A DNA stretch of 64,000 bases, taken from the IMG/VR virus record IMGVR_UViG_3300027733_000033. One strand, 5' to 3'. A program made the translations under genes and the position numbers. This stretch comes from a virus. This document shows, one piece after another, positions 28,382-37,650 of this stretch. A model generated the notes under the pieces. The model was not told where the DNA came from and did not search any database. It was given only the letters and a program-made list of their open reading frames with translations. The stretch's first letter is position 1, and every line of letters begins with the position of its first letter.

Positions 28382-28794
28382 TAATTATCCCGAATAAAAT
28401 GCTTAAAATTATTCACTAAACTTTGTTGAAACTCTTCATAACCAGAATTGTCAGACGGTAATAAGTTAGCAGGAATTCCTGGAGTTCTTTTATATTCCCA
28501 ACATTCAGAACCATCATATTCATCCCGTTCTATCCATGAACCATCATCAAACCACACCTCACCATATAGTTCTTGACTGCCAAATCCATTATCGTATTTG
28601 AAATCTAAATTTTTCAAAAAGGACTCTAACTCATATTGGTCAAACCCTACTGGTAGATAAGCATCTTTTGGAAGTTCTCCTTGCCTTTTAAACTCATATC
28701 CTTGTTTTGTTACCCAAGCGCACTTTACAGATACCGAATGCTTTTTGGCAATTCCATCAAGCACATTTACAAGTTCTTCTTTTGCATTTATCAT
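28381..28794 (-). CDS. Conserved phage hypothetical protein
   Basis: YDNGFGSQELYGEVWFDDGSWIERDEYDGSECW. Confidence 0.7.
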   Translation of the reverse strand: MINAKEELVNVLDGIAKKHSVSVKCAWVTKQGYEFKRQGELPKDAYLPVGFDQYELESFLKNLDFKYDNGFGSQELYGEVWFDDGSWIERDEYDGSECWEYKRTPGIPANLLPSDNSGYEEFQQSLVNNFKHFIRDN

Positions 28795-29054
28795 AATTCA
28801 TCACCTTGTTTAGTAAGTTTTAACCAGAAATTGTGTACATAAATTGAACTAGCGATACCAAAAGAACCGCCCATAACATAAGCAATCGATTCATATAAGC
28901 CGGCGTTCGGCGTTGCTTTATATAAAAAGATTTGAAGTGAGCCTACCATTAACGAAGTAACAAATGACGGTATCACTTCTTTGTTCTTAACCAATTGACT
29001 TTGAAAGCCTAATAACATAATAATAAGAAAACTAGAACCAAATAACATTAACAT
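28791..29054 (-). CDS. Small multi-pass membrane protein
   Basis: Three hydrophobic segments; follows a type-B leader. Confidence 0.65.
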   Translation of the reverse strand: MLMLFGSSFLIIMLLGFQSQLVKNKEVIPSFVTSLMVGSLQIFLYKATPNAGLYESIAYVMGGSFGIASSIYVHNFWLKLTKQGDEL

Positions 29055-29134
29055 ATTTTTAACCCGCTTACCCTCAATTCACGCCCGACTAGGCTATTAT
29101 ACGCTTCTAGGAGTAAAAAGTAAAGTTTTATTTT
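29053..29134 (-). repeat. Type-B promoter/leader repeat, copy 2
   Basis: cctcaattcacgcccgactaggctattatacg. Confidence 0.88.
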
Positions 29135-29175
29135 CACGCATAAAAAACCCAGCGGATTAGGCTGGGTCGTAAAAT

Positions 29176-29421
29176 CTATTTCCATTCTAGCATCGCTTTA
29201 GTGTAGTTCAATTGTCTGTTATACCAAAACTCAACAGACCCACCAAACCGCGCTACGATATTGTCGGAGATAAAAGTGATAGGGTATATCCCATCAATAA
29301 TGTTGGTAAGGTAATCGTCAGAAATATTAAGCGCTTCAGCTAACTGTATTCTGTTCATATTATTTTCGTCAGCAAGGTCTAATAGGGTATCGACTGGCTT
29401 TGACGGTTGGAAATTGCTCAT
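29176..29421 (-). CDS. HigA-like HTH (Xre) protein
   Basis: P.DTL......MNRIQLAEALNIS..YLTNIIDG..PIT....FGGSVEFWYNRQ.NY pattern. Confidence 0.7.
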   Translation of the reverse strand: MSNFQPSKPVDTLLDLADENNMNRIQLAEALNISDDYLTNIIDGIYPITFISDNIVARFGGSVEFWYNRQLNYTKAMLEWK

Positions 29422-29499
29422 TTTACTCTCCGGTTTATCATTAAGGTTTAACTTCATTAAGATCTATTATACTCCCTTTTTTCCAAAAGTAAAGCTTTT

Positions 29500-29532
29500 T
29501 TATGCGTGAAAAAGCCGGCTTCGCGCCGGCTT
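29500..29532 (-). terminator. GCCGGC-stem terminator (repeated family)
   Basis: AAGCCGGC TTCGC GCCGGCTT, identical at 33872-33904, with variants near 31275, 37260, 42752, 51394, 54079 and 54552. Confidence 0.85.
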
Positions 29533-29549
29533 GGTATCAAAAACGAGTA

Positions 29550-30467
29550 TTATTTTGATGCTTTCCATTTGGATAATACTTGATCCAAATGTTTCAATTC
29601 ATCTGTTATAGCTTTAATTTCAGACTCAAGATTAATTTTATTTGTTTTAAAAGCCTTTTCCCAATTAGGATCTTCTCTTCCTATAGAGATAATATCACGA
29701 CTTCCAATTTTACGAATATTCAAAATGATAGCATTAGGAAGTTGTTTTAGACGTGATTCTAAATTTTCTTTTTCTTGTTCAGTTGCTTTAATTCTAGCAT
29801 TTAACCCATCAAGAGATACTTCTAAATTCTTAAAGTTTACGCCGGCGCAAGATTGAGTTTGGTATCCAGTTCCTGGTCTAGTGAACCCATGATGGGACAT
29901 CAATCCAGTTTTATCAATAGAAATATCACGTAAACACCAACCACAAGTTCCTCTAACTTGATTAGGATTAACCGGCTTTGGTGTCAATGATGGAGCTCTG
30001 CCTTTAACTGTATTTGTTTTCAGATGGTCCATTATATCTTTTAATGGAGCATACTCAGACGCAATCGCTATCGCATTTCCTATCAGTTTAGATTTATCGG
30101 CTAACTTAGAATATTTTTTAACGATACCGTCCATATTTCTAAATCCTTTATCTTTATAATAAAGGTCTTCCTCTTCTTTAGCGTATGGAGCCGCATCTCT
30201 TTCTTCACGAGATTGATTCAGGTAAAGGTTTGTATAATGTTTTTCCCAAGACGATTCACAAGAATTGTTGAAAACTGATTTTAAAGTATCTAAATCAGCT
30301 TTACGAATACTGCCTTCTTCCATAGCAGTTTTAAGAATTAACAAGGCATCATCAAATTTATCTTTATTTTTTGGACTCAAAGCGCCTAACGTTAGATTAA
30401 AATTAGAAAGAATTTGTTTAGAAGTGATTTGAACAGATTCTGCTCTAAATTCACGAAATGTTTTCAT
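29550..30467 (-). CDS. Virion-packaged protein with capsid-targeting leader and Cys/His Zn motif
   Basis: MKTFREFRAE (compare T4 MKTYQEFIAE); GTCGWC...HHGF...SCAG. Confidence 0.7.
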   Translation of the reverse strand: MKTFREFRAESVQITSKQILSNFNLTLGALSPKNKDKFDDALLILKTAMEEGSIRKADLDTLKSVFNNSCESSWEKHYTNLYLNQSREERDAAPYAKEEEDLYYKDKGFRNMDGIVKKYSKLADKSKLIGNAIAIASEYAPLKDIMDHLKTNTVKGRAPSLTPKPVNPNQVRGTCGWCLRDISIDKTGLMSHHGFTRPGTGYQTQSCAGVNFKNLEVSLDGLNARIKATEQEKENLESRLKQLPNAIILNIRKIGSRDIISIGREDPNWEKAFKTNKINLESEIKAITDELKHLDQVLSKWKASK

Positions 30468-30471
30468 TTGA

Positions 30472-30705
30472 TTATCCTTTGAATAGTATAACGTTGAAGT
30501 CCGTTCCGACATAACCGGTTAACTTCTCTTTTGGTGATAATTTTAGATAATAGTCCCACCGGTTTAAGTGAGGATTATACGCCGCGCTATCGAAATACAA
30601 CACGATAGGATATTTAACATCTTTTCCACAATAGATTACTTTATCGCCCTTTTTAAAACTATTTGACTGCGATTGAAGTTTCATCATCATTAATCCGTTT
30701 CTCAA
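30472..30705 (-). CDS. Hypothetical protein
   Basis: ORF in a late operon; start uncertain. Confidence 0.5.
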   Translation of the reverse strand: MRNGLMMMKLQSQSNSFKKGDKVIYCGKDVKYPIVLYFDSAAYNPHLNRWDYYLKLSPKEKLTGYVGTDFNVILFKG

Positions 30706-30841
30706 TTTCTGTCTTAGTGGTCTTTTTACGTTTAGCGCCTACTGGGAGTTCTGTGTTAGCAACGCCGGCGGTTGTATTAGTGGCAACACCAGCCGCTACA
30801 ACATCTTCTAAAACTGCTTTTCTAAATTCAGCAAAACTCAT
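30659..30841 (-). CDS. Small internal-head-type protein
   Basis: MSFAEFRKAVLE leader; late promoter TATAAATA at 30865-30872. Confidence 0.65.
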   Translation of the reverse strand: MSFAEFRKAVLEDVVAAGVATNTTAGVANTELPVGAKRKKTTKTEIEKRINDDETSIAVK

Positions 30842-30867
30842 TTTATATTCCTTTGTAAATAGAATAT

Positions 30868-31188
30868 TTATAGTTCAAATTTTGCGATAAGAATTTCCAT
30901 TTGAGCTTTAGATAAATCCAAACGCTTCAGGAGGTCTAACATACCTGATTCGTAATAGCCTACGACAAAGGGATAGCATATGTCCCCATCGCCTGCGAAC
31001 GCCCTTTTAGATCGTTCCTTAGCTGAATTTGTAAACTTTGCGAACATATTATCAAGCATCGTATCTTTACCATCAACTTGCATCATTTTGTCAAACTCCT
31101 CAAAGGTCTCAACTGGGTTTAATTCTACTCGTTTAGAGTTAACCGCTATTTTCATTTGTTCTAAATCAAAATTAAATTCGGTTTCCAT
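30868..31188 (-). CDS. Hypothetical early protein
   Basis: ORF behind an early promoter. Confidence 0.6.
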   Translation of the reverse strand: METEFNFDLEQMKIAVNSKRVELNPVETFEEFDKMMQVDGKDTMLDNMFAKFTNSAKERSKRAFAGDGDICYPFVVGYYESGMLDLLKRLDLSKAQMEILIAKFEL

Positions 31189-31300
31189 TTTTATCTCCGG
31201 CTTATTCATTACGATCTATTATACTTGGTTTTTTCCAAAAGTAAAGCTTTATTTTAAATTATTTTCAAACGTGAAAAAGCCGGCACTAAGCCGGCTAAAT

Positions 31301-31516
31301 TTACTTCCATACTGTATCAATATATTCTGTCAGATTAGCAGTCAGTTTTGACAAAAACATATTAATCTTGACCAACTTATCCTCAGTAGATTGAGTGAAC
31401 GCCTTTGGTTTAAAAATTAATGAAAATGGCATTATCACAAACACGCTGGTAAATCCGACCATCATAATAAATGCATAAAACCAAAGAAACAAAAAATTAT
31501 TTATTGCTCTAAACAT
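31301..31516 (-). CDS. Small membrane protein
   Basis: Hydrophobic ORF. Confidence 0.55.
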   Translation of the reverse strand: MFRAINNFLFLWFYAFIMMVGFTSVFVIMPFSLIFKPKAFTQSTEDKLVKINMFLSKLTANLTEYIDTVWK

Positions 31517-31517
31517 T

Positions 31518-31700
31518 TTAATCCCCAATCCAACGGTAATCAAAAGCTTCAACAAACGCAATATTGTTGTTGAAATTTATCCATATACCATCTTTGCTTA
31601 AAATCTGAAACTCAATCCAAGGGTCGTTACGGTAAGCCGCTACTTCAGCATATTTTTTCAACATATCAGCATGTCTGTGCGGTGTAAATTTATTTGTCAT
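31518..31700 (-). CDS. Hypothetical protein (H(R/K)HAD..PW family)
   Basis: Paralogous to the N-terminus of 52476..53006. Confidence 0.6.
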   Translation of the reverse strand: MTNKFTPHRHADMLKKYAEVAAYRNDPWIEFQILSKDGIWINFNNNIAFVEAFDYRWIGD

Positions 31701-31878
31701 TATTCCCCCTTTCAAACCACATTAAAATTCCAAACACTAAGCCTATCGGTAAAACAATCTCGCTAATCAATCTGACGATAAAAATTCCGATACCGCCTAA
31801 AACAAATGGCAGGCTGGCGATAAAACCTAAAACGCAACAAGCCGCTAAACCTTTATTAGATTTTGCCCATTCAATCAT
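31690..31878 (-). CDS. Small membrane protein
   Basis: Two transmembrane segments. Confidence 0.55.
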   Translation of the reverse strand: MIEWAKSNKGLAACCVLGFIASLPFVLGGIGIFIVRLISEIVLPIGLVFGILMWFERGNNDK

Positions 31879-32264
31879 TTGATTTTCTCGTAAATATGGT
31901 AACAGTAAACCAGTTCAATTTCTGGCTCATCATAAATGTATTCAGTAGTAGGCGTTTGGGTACCGATATAATCGCCCCATTTGTGCCATCTCCAACCTTC
32001 ATATCTTGGTTGACCAGATTTAGTGATTTTATGCAACAGCACTACGAATTCACAGTCAGGTGATAACAGTTCAGGAATGACTTCAAGTAAATTATCAATT
32101 CCATCACATACGCCGTAATACCACGCAAAATCATTTGTTAAAAATTCAGGATCTTTAATATATGATTTAGAACGCTCGAGTGTATGTAACTGAAACGAAT
32201 AATCGCTTAGATAAACGCCTTCTTGAAGTTCATTTTCTGTAATCATTGGGTTACTTTTTAACAT
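31875..32264 (-). CDS. Conserved phage hypothetical protein
   Basis: YGVCD...GWRWHKWGDYIG...EYIYDE. Confidence 0.7.
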   Translation of the reverse strand: MLKSNPMITENELQEGVYLSDYSFQLHTLERSKSYIKDPEFLTNDFAWYYGVCDGIDNLLEVIPELLSPDCEFVVLLHKITKSGQPRYEGWRWHKWGDYIGTQTPTTEYIYDEPEIELVYCYHIYEKIK

Positions 32265-32347
32265 AATATACACTCCGGATAATTCATTAAGGTTTAACTT
32301 CATTAGACTCTATTATACTCGGTTTTTATCAAAAGTAAAGCTTTATT

Positions 32348-32623
32348 TTAAATTATCTTGACTCTTTTAAAGATTTCTACATCAAGCTCATCGACATTCT
32401 TTATAAAGGTATCACCTAAGTCATCATAGATAATTAACGACCAATTTCCCTCAAAATCGATGTGTTCGTCGATATAATTCACTTCTACTTTGTGTCCGTA
32501 ATTCCGAATAACAATACGATAATCTTCAATTGGAATACATCTATACCGCTGTCCGTTGGTTTCTTCAGGTACAGGATACGGTTTTAGATAAGGCTTTAAA
32601 TCTTTAAATTTTACAGTTTTCAT
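32348..32623 (-). CDS. Hypothetical protein
   Basis: ORF. Confidence 0.6.
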   Translation of the reverse strand: MKTVKFKDLKPYLKPYPVPEETNGQRYRCIPIEDYRIVIRNYGHKVEVNYIDEHIDFEGNWSLIIYDDLGDTFIKNVDELDVEIFKRVKII

Positions 32624-32779
32624 TTTAGGGTATATCCAAAATTGTTTTTGTCAAGAATATCTAATTGTTCATCTGTTAGTTTAGCATAGCAACTGAGCGA
32701 ATCAACTTGTACTATCTCAAACTCAAATAGAGATAATATCTTAAATACATCTTCGCGGTTTAAAAGTACATATTTCATA

Positions 32780-32977
32780 TTAAAACGAAATGGAAAGCAT
32801 ATTCATTGTTACTGAGTGACTTTTAACCTTTCTGAATAAATACGAATTAGCAATGATATAATCAACACTAATATCGTCACCAGAATCATCAATGATGGTC
32901 AAAGTTTGCTCAGTTTCAGAATCAATCAAGGTAGCTTTAGCGCCGTTCAATTGAAAGAAATACATTTTACGTTTCAT
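32780..32977 (-). CDS. Hypothetical early protein
   Basis: ORF behind a type-A cassette. Confidence 0.55.
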   Translation of the reverse strand: MKRKMYFFQLNGAKATLIDSETEQTLTIIDDSGDDISVDYIIANSYLFRKVKSHSVTMNMLSISF

Positions 32978-33053
32978 TTTACTCTCCAAAATAATTAAGG
33001 GATAACTTCATTACGATCTATTATACTAGAATTTTCCCAAAAGTAAAGCTTTT

Positions 33054-33248
33054 TTATTCTTCAATTTCTTCATCTACTGCTAAAATGCTAATTCCATCGC
33101 CGTGTTTAAATATAGCACGTTTCACAGCATCTTCTTTATTTTCAGCTAAAATGCAATCATAACAAATTACGGTAGCTTTGGCGAAAAAATAATCGTATTT
33201 CTCATACTTGACTTCAAAGTTTTTTAAGGCTTTCCAGTTAACCGCCAT
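33054..33248 (-). CDS. Hypothetical protein
   Basis: ORF with AGGAG RBS. Confidence 0.6.
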   Translation of the reverse strand: MAVNWKALKNFEVKYEKYDYFFAKATVICYDCILAENKEDAVKRAIFKHGDGISILAVDEEIEE

Positions 33249-33257
33249 TTCAATCTC

Positions 33258-33395
33258 CTATTGATCAAGGTTTACCATAAATTCGATTACGCTTTCAACT
33301 TCATCAATTGACAATCCTTCTTCAAAGGCGATTTCGCGAATAGACATATTGTCATAAACATACATACTGTATATTGCTTCATATAATTCTTTCAT
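33258..33395 (-). CDS. Small HTH-like protein (45 aa)
   Basis: Hand-translated MKELYEAIYSMYVYDNMSIREIAFEEGLSIDEVESVIEFMVNLDQ; behind a type-A cassette. Confidence 0.55.
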   Translation of the reverse strand: MKELYEAIYSMYVYDNMSIREIAFEEGLSIDEVESVIEFMVNLDQ

Positions 33396-33495
33396 TTTAA
33401 CACTCCGATTAATTTAAGGGATAACTTCATTACGATCTATTATACTTGGTTTTATGGAAAAGTAAAGCTTTATTTTATCTTTTTTAAAAATAAAT

Positions 33496-33771
33496 TTAGA
33501 GCTGGGTATTACACCAAACATGTTTAATTTTCCATTTTTCAAGAATAGGCTTACCGCATTCGTCTTCACCGATGCATATATATGCAACAGTTTTTTTCAC
33601 GTTGGCGAATCTAACAGACCCATCACAAATTGCTATTTCATGTTTAAAGCCGTTTTCGATTCCCCATGCCCCTTGTCCTTCAGCCTTTCCTTCGCTAACT
33701 CTGTATTCAAAATTAGCAAACCCGTTATAGAACAAACCACCATTTTCAACAGTACCTTTAAAATAAGACAT
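33496..33771 (-). CDS. Hypothetical early protein flanked by direct-repeat cassettes
   Basis: ORF between near-identical repeats at 33422-33498 and 33798-33871. Confidence 0.65.
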   Translation of the reverse strand: MSYFKGTVENGGLFYNGFANFEYRVSEGKAEGQGAWGIENGFKHEIAICDGSVRFANVKKTVAYICIGEDECGKPILEKWKIKHVWCNTQL

Positions 33772-33910
33772 TTTCAACTCCAATTTAATTACGGTTTAAC
33801 TTCATTAGACTCTATTATACTATGTTTTTTCCAAAAGTAAAGCTTTATTTTATCTTTTTTAAAAATAAATTTTATGCGTGAAAAAGCCGGCTTCGCGCCG
33901 GCTTTAGTTG

Positions 33911-34126
33911 TTATCTAGGTTGATTACCCAGGAAGTCAGCATATTTTGAGATAGTATGGTCTTCATCCTCTTTAATCATTTTATTGAAGATCCCAGTAAT
34001 ATAATCGAATTCTTCCTCATGCCCTGAATCTTTAGCTAGGGATTTTGCTTTATCCCAATATTTCTCCAGTTTGGCAATTGGAATATTTTTCTCTTTCGAG
34101 ATTTTAGACATGTAAGCTGTAGGCAT
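33911..34126 (-). CDS. Small conserved T4-like phage protein
   Basis: LEKYWDKAK...YITGIFNKM. Confidence 0.6.
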   Translation of the reverse strand: MPTAYMSKISKEKNIPIAKLEKYWDKAKSLAKDSGHEEEFDYITGIFNKMIKEDEDHTISKYADFLGNQPR

Positions 34127-34128
34127 TA

Positions 34129-34506
34129 TTACCCTATAAATTTGGTCAAATCTGGTTTAAAGTAAGATGCAGGTTTCATAATTTTACCTGCTTCATTTTT
34201 GATTGCCTTACCCGTATCTGGGTCAAGCTTACTGAGGTTTGACGCCGCGACTTCTTTCCAAGCACTATCAAAATCATATCCCGCCGCGATGCAATATCCA
34301 ATAATCACCCATACGGTATCAACCAACCCGTCCAAAGTTTCAATCGGGTCATTATTATTAACACCGTCAATAAACTCTGCGTATTCTTCCGCGATTAAGT
34401 CTTTATACAGATTAACCAATTCTGGACTCGGAATTTGCTCCCCACCGTCCATAAACGTTTTTACATCACCAAATAAATTAGGGTGGATATCACATTTACA
34501 TGCCAT
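34129..34506 (-). CDS. MazG/PRA-PH-like NTP pyrophosphohydrolase
   Basis: LIAEEYAEF, LDGLVD, EVAASNLSK and GKIMKP. Confidence 0.85.
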   Translation of the reverse strand: MACKCDIHPNLFGDVKTFMDGGEQIPSPELVNLYKDLIAEEYAEFIDGVNNNDPIETLDGLVDTVWVIIGYCIAAGYDFDSAWKEVAASNLSKLDPDTGKAIKNEAGKIMKPASYFKPDLTKFIG

Positions 34507-34682
34507 TATTGTTTTCCTTCAATTTTATAAACAAGTTTTGCCGCTATATAGCCGCCCGTAAATGGCGAATAATACATAACCTTTTCATTCATTCTAAATG
34601 GACCAAAATAGCCGTCTACTTTCGTATAGCCGTCTACCATAGCATTTTCACTATTTAACACTCTTTCGTAGTGTAATCTCAT
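34506..34682 (-). CDS. Hypothetical protein
   Basis: ORF. Confidence 0.55.
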   Translation of the reverse strand: MRLHYERVLNSENAMVDGYTKVDGYFGPFRMNEKVMYYSPFTGGYIAAKLVYKIEGKQ

Positions 34683-34683
34683 T

Positions 34684-34983
34684 TTAACCCTTCTGGTATT
34701 TGTACACAAAATCATTTTGTTGTAAATAATTTACCATCACTTCTTCCATGTCAAAATTTGTTCGCACAGTTAATACTTGGGAATACACGCTGTTAGATAA
34801 GCATTTATTCCAATTTTCCCAACCCTTTCCCTTTGCTACAGTTTCACCATCCGTTGGTAAAAGCTTTTCTTCAAAAACCGCCGGCGCTATTTTATCTCCT
34901 ACGCGAACAGTTTTATTTTCTAAATCAAATACATGTTCTTGAAATAACTTATTCAAGAACGTAGAACATTTTAGAATAATCAT
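34684..34983 (-). CDS. Hypothetical protein
   Basis: ORF. Confidence 0.55.
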   Translation of the reverse strand: MIILKCSTFLNKLFQEHVFDLENKTVRVGDKIAPAVFEEKLLPTDGETVAKGKGWENWNKCLSNSVYSQVLTVRTNFDMEEVMVNYLQQNDFVYKYQKG

Positions 34984-35753
34984 ATTATAATTCGCTTAAA
35001 TTTGAAGTCGATAGAAGTTTCTTCGAAAGGATAACCCCGAGAATTATTTAGTAACGTACATCCATTGATGACAGGTGTTTTTGGATTATGTTGATGACCA
35101 AAAATAGCATAATCAAACATACTAAGCATAGAATCTAAGTTAGAACCAAATAGTCCATTCATAGTCCAATAGTCTTTATATTTATCTTCAGTAGTTTGAA
35201 ACGATGGAGAATGGTGCGTTACTAATATCACATTATCATACCCCATTTTGTCTACTTGAGTTACCCATTTGACAAAGTGTTTATGGCGTTCTAATATATT
35301 ACTGGAGGAAATAAGCTCACCATTATCGCGAATTCTACTATAGTCAGCAATTAGGCGGTTAGCCGTATATAACGTTGCTGGGTTCTCTTCATTAAAATTC
35401 GTCCATAACGTACCGCCTATGAATAATACATTATCTATAACGAGTGTATTGCCGTCTAAAATATGAACGTTGGTATATTTACTCAGTAATTTTTTTAGAG
35501 TCGTCACGGACGTTGAAAGATCCCCACCGTAGTATTCATGATTCCCCATAACCATAATGATGTTTTTGAATAACGCGGTTACTTTATCAAAAAAGTCATA
35601 CTCTACGGCAAACCCTGAATTAGCATCAAGCTCGAACAATTTAACATTTAAGATATCGCCTGCTAAAACTAACACATCACCACTAGGTGTATTTTCTGGG
35701 ATATCATAGGGTTCCCATTCATTATGTAGGTCAGACGCATATGCAATAATCAT
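34980..35753 (-). CDS. Calcineurin-like metallophosphoesterase
   Basis: SDLH, LAGD, GNHEYY, THHSP, FGHQH and NSRGY. Confidence 0.9.
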   Translation of the reverse strand: MIIAYASDLHNEWEPYDIPENTPSGDVLVLAGDILNVKLFELDANSGFAVEYDFFDKVTALFKNIIMVMGNHEYYGGDLSTSVTTLKKLLSKYTNVHILDGNTLVIDNVLFIGGTLWTNFNEENPATLYTANRLIADYSRIRDNGELISSSNILERHKHFVKWVTQVDKMGYDNVILVTHHSPSFQTTEDKYKDYWTMNGLFGSNLDSMLSMFDYAIFGHQHNPKTPVINGCTLLNNSRGYPFEETSIDFKFKRIII

Positions 35754-35906
35754 AATATCACTCGCTAGGTTTTACCGGTTTTTCTTCTTTGGGTTCTTCT
35801 TTGGGTTTCTTGAATATTTTATCCCAATTATCTTCAAACTTTTGTCTAGATACTGCCATTGGTCTAGAATTATCGCCTTTACCGCCTTCCCACTGTTTTG
35901 CCATAC

Positions 35907-36323
35907 TTAACTCCCTAATGTGATAACATTCACATTATTTTCTGTTAAAAAATTAATTCCATCATCAGAACGATAGGCGTTTTTATAATACACCGTTGAA
36001 ATACCCGCGCCTTGTATTAATTTAGCGCATTGTAAACAAGGAGAGTGTGTTAAGAAAATAGTTGCCCCTTCAGACGATTCATTAGATTTTGCTAATTTTG
36101 CGATAAGATTACCCTCAGCATGTATGACGTAAGGGAAAGTCATACCGTTTTCATCTTCACATTGGTTTGATGAACCCGCCGTTGTACCGTTATATCCTTC
36201 AGAAATGATTCTGCCATTTTTAACCGCTATGGCACCAACCTTTAATTTATTTGCCGTAGATAGTTGCGCGGTTAACTCCGCAATTCCCATATAGTACGCA
36301 ATAAATTTAGGCTTCATCTTCAT
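35907..36323 (-). CDS. cd: dCMP deaminase
   Basis: KVGA, GYNG, HAE.N and SPCLQC. Confidence 0.92.
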   Translation of the reverse strand: MKMKPKFIAYYMGIAELTAQLSTANKLKVGAIAVKNGRIISEGYNGTTAGSSNQCEDENGMTFPYVIHAEGNLIAKLAKSNESSEGATIFLTHSPCLQCAKLIQGAGISTVYYKNAYRSDDGINFLTENNVNVITLGS

Positions 36324-36406
36324 CAATATCCTGTATTTCTAAATCAAGTTCAATTTCAAATTCGTATTCAAAAAACCACGTATTACTTCCAGCATAATAT
36401 ATCACA

Positions 36407-36589
36407 TTAGTCACCTTTATTTAATCTTGCCAATTTGGCTTCCCAAGTAGATATGAACCATTCAATATGGCTATCTTCCCACCCGTTATTATCTATAGTC
36501 GGCTTTGGTAAGTAACCAGAGTAGATAGCCATATCTACTTGGGTTCTGGTTACTTTTAGCCGGTTAACAATATCATTAATTGTAATCAT
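36407..36589 (-). CDS. Small AlpA/excisionase-like HTH protein
   Basis: TINDIVNRLKVTR......G.LPKP.....W....IE pattern. Confidence 0.5.
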   Translation of the reverse strand: MITINDIVNRLKVTRTQVDMAIYSGYLPKPTIDNNGWEDSHIEWFISTWEAKLARLNKGD

Positions 36590-36597
36590 TTTACACC

Positions 36598-36990
36598 TTA
36601 GTTATCTCTAACAACGCGAACATAACAAAAAGCCGTTTTGCCATAGTAATCCTTAATACCACTATCAAATTCATATTGCCAAGAAGAACGATAGTCAAAT
36701 TCTGTACTAGACCAATAACCTTCTTTTTCAAAATCATTTTCAGATTTATAAATTAAATCTAATTCTTCTATAGTAGGTAAACGCCAGCCGTCACCTAACA
36801 ATTCTACATATTCAATCGCATCATACCAAGTTGATGGTTCTTCTGTTCTTTTATTCGCAACTTCAAAGGGTAAAGAGGATTTTGGTTTAACGCCTTTTAA
36901 TGCTTCTATTCTAACAAAAAACTCATCACTCAAAGGCTTAACCGCAGATGATTCCAATAACGTCAAAAATGCTAATTCAGTTTCATTCAT
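36598..36990 (-). CDS. DUF1566 (Lcl C-terminal, CLec-like) domain protein
   Basis: TWYDAIEY...GWRLPTIEEL...YWSSTE...YVRVVR. Confidence 0.8.
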   Translation of the reverse strand: MNETELAFLTLLESSAVKPLSDEFFVRIEALKGVKPKSSLPFEVANKRTEEPSTWYDAIEYVELLGDGWRLPTIEELDLIYKSENDFEKEGYWSSTEFDYRSSWQYEFDSGIKDYYGKTAFCYVRVVRDN

Positions 36991-37000
36991 AATATAATTC

Positions 37001-37159
37001 CTATTCTTGGCAATCTTGAGCGCTACGGGTTGACCAACCGCGACCACGTTCTTCTTTCATACGAACCATTTGGTCAATGACTTCAGGGTCTTTAAGCAAT
37101 TTTTCAAATTCAACTTGAGGATCGTACATTTCGCCGGTAACTCTATCTTTAACTAACAT
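37001..37159 (-). CDS. Small early protein (52 aa)
   Basis: Hand-translated MLVKDRVTGEMYDPQVEFEKLL...; behind a type-A cassette. Confidence 0.55.
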   Translation of the reverse strand: MLVKDRVTGEMYDPQVEFEKLLKDPEVIDQMVRMKEERGRGWSTRSAQDCQE

Positions 37160-37287
37160 ATCAAACACTCCAACAATAATTTATAGGTTAACTTCATTAG
37201 ACTCTATTATACTTGATTATTTCTAAAAGTAAAGCTTTATTTTAAATTATTTTTGGTAATAAAAAACCGGCACGAAGCCGGTTTAGT

Positions 37288-37608
37288 TTACAAATCTACT
37301 GGGATAAGTTTGAATTTAAACTTTTCCTTTGAGTAAATTTTAATTCTTTCATCAAAGTGATTCAACGTATGATTGCGATGACTTTTACCCGTAGATAAAT
37401 TATCAGACAAGTCATAAAGATTACAGACAGTTTTTCCTTCGTTTAGCCGTAAGCCGCGCCCAATACTTTGTAAGACGCGAATCATAGATTTACTAGGAGA
37501 AGCAAATATGATATTATCAATAGAAGGAATTGATACCCCTGTTGATAAAACCCCGTAAGATGCTACGATAATATCGCCTTTGATGTTTTCAATTTTTGTT
37601 GGTTGCAT
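37288..37608 (-). CDS. uvsW: UvsW helicase C-terminal fragment expressed as a separate ORF
   Basis: IIVASYGVLSTGVSI..I.NIIFASPSKS.IRVLQSIGRGLR...LYDLSD..N.TL.H..ER.KIY..E.F; only about the last 100 aa of UvsW. Confidence 0.85.
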   Translation of the reverse strand: MQPTKIENIKGDIIVASYGVLSTGVSIPSIDNIIFASPSKSMIRVLQSIGRGLRLNEGKTVCNLYDLSDNLSTGKSHRNHTLNHFDERIKIYSKEKFKFKLIPVDL

Positions 37609-37610
37609 AA

Positions 37611-37650
37611 TAATCTCCGTTGAAGTATTACCTTATTTAACGGAGATTAA
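37611..37650 (-). promoter_or_regulatory. RBS-sequestering hairpin containing late promoter TTAAATA
   Basis: TAATCTCCGTT...AACGGAGATTA 11-bp inverted repeat covering GGAG; the late promoter lies at the junction of the 5' arm and loop. Confidence 0.7.

Noticed and set aside
32280-33905. Closely spaced repeats resembling a CRISPR array
   Set aside because: The repeats are degenerate promoter cassettes separated by whole genes of variable length; there are no uniform spacers and no cas genes.
36598-36990. DUF1566/CLec domains as diversity-generating retroelement targets
   Set aside because: No reverse transcriptase and no template/variable repeat pair with adenine-specific differences is visible in the window.
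37579-37608. MQPTKIENIK as the C-half of a split intein on the UvsW fragment
   Set aside because: There are no block F/G residues and no His-Asn/nucleophile junction; the sequence runs directly into UvsW.
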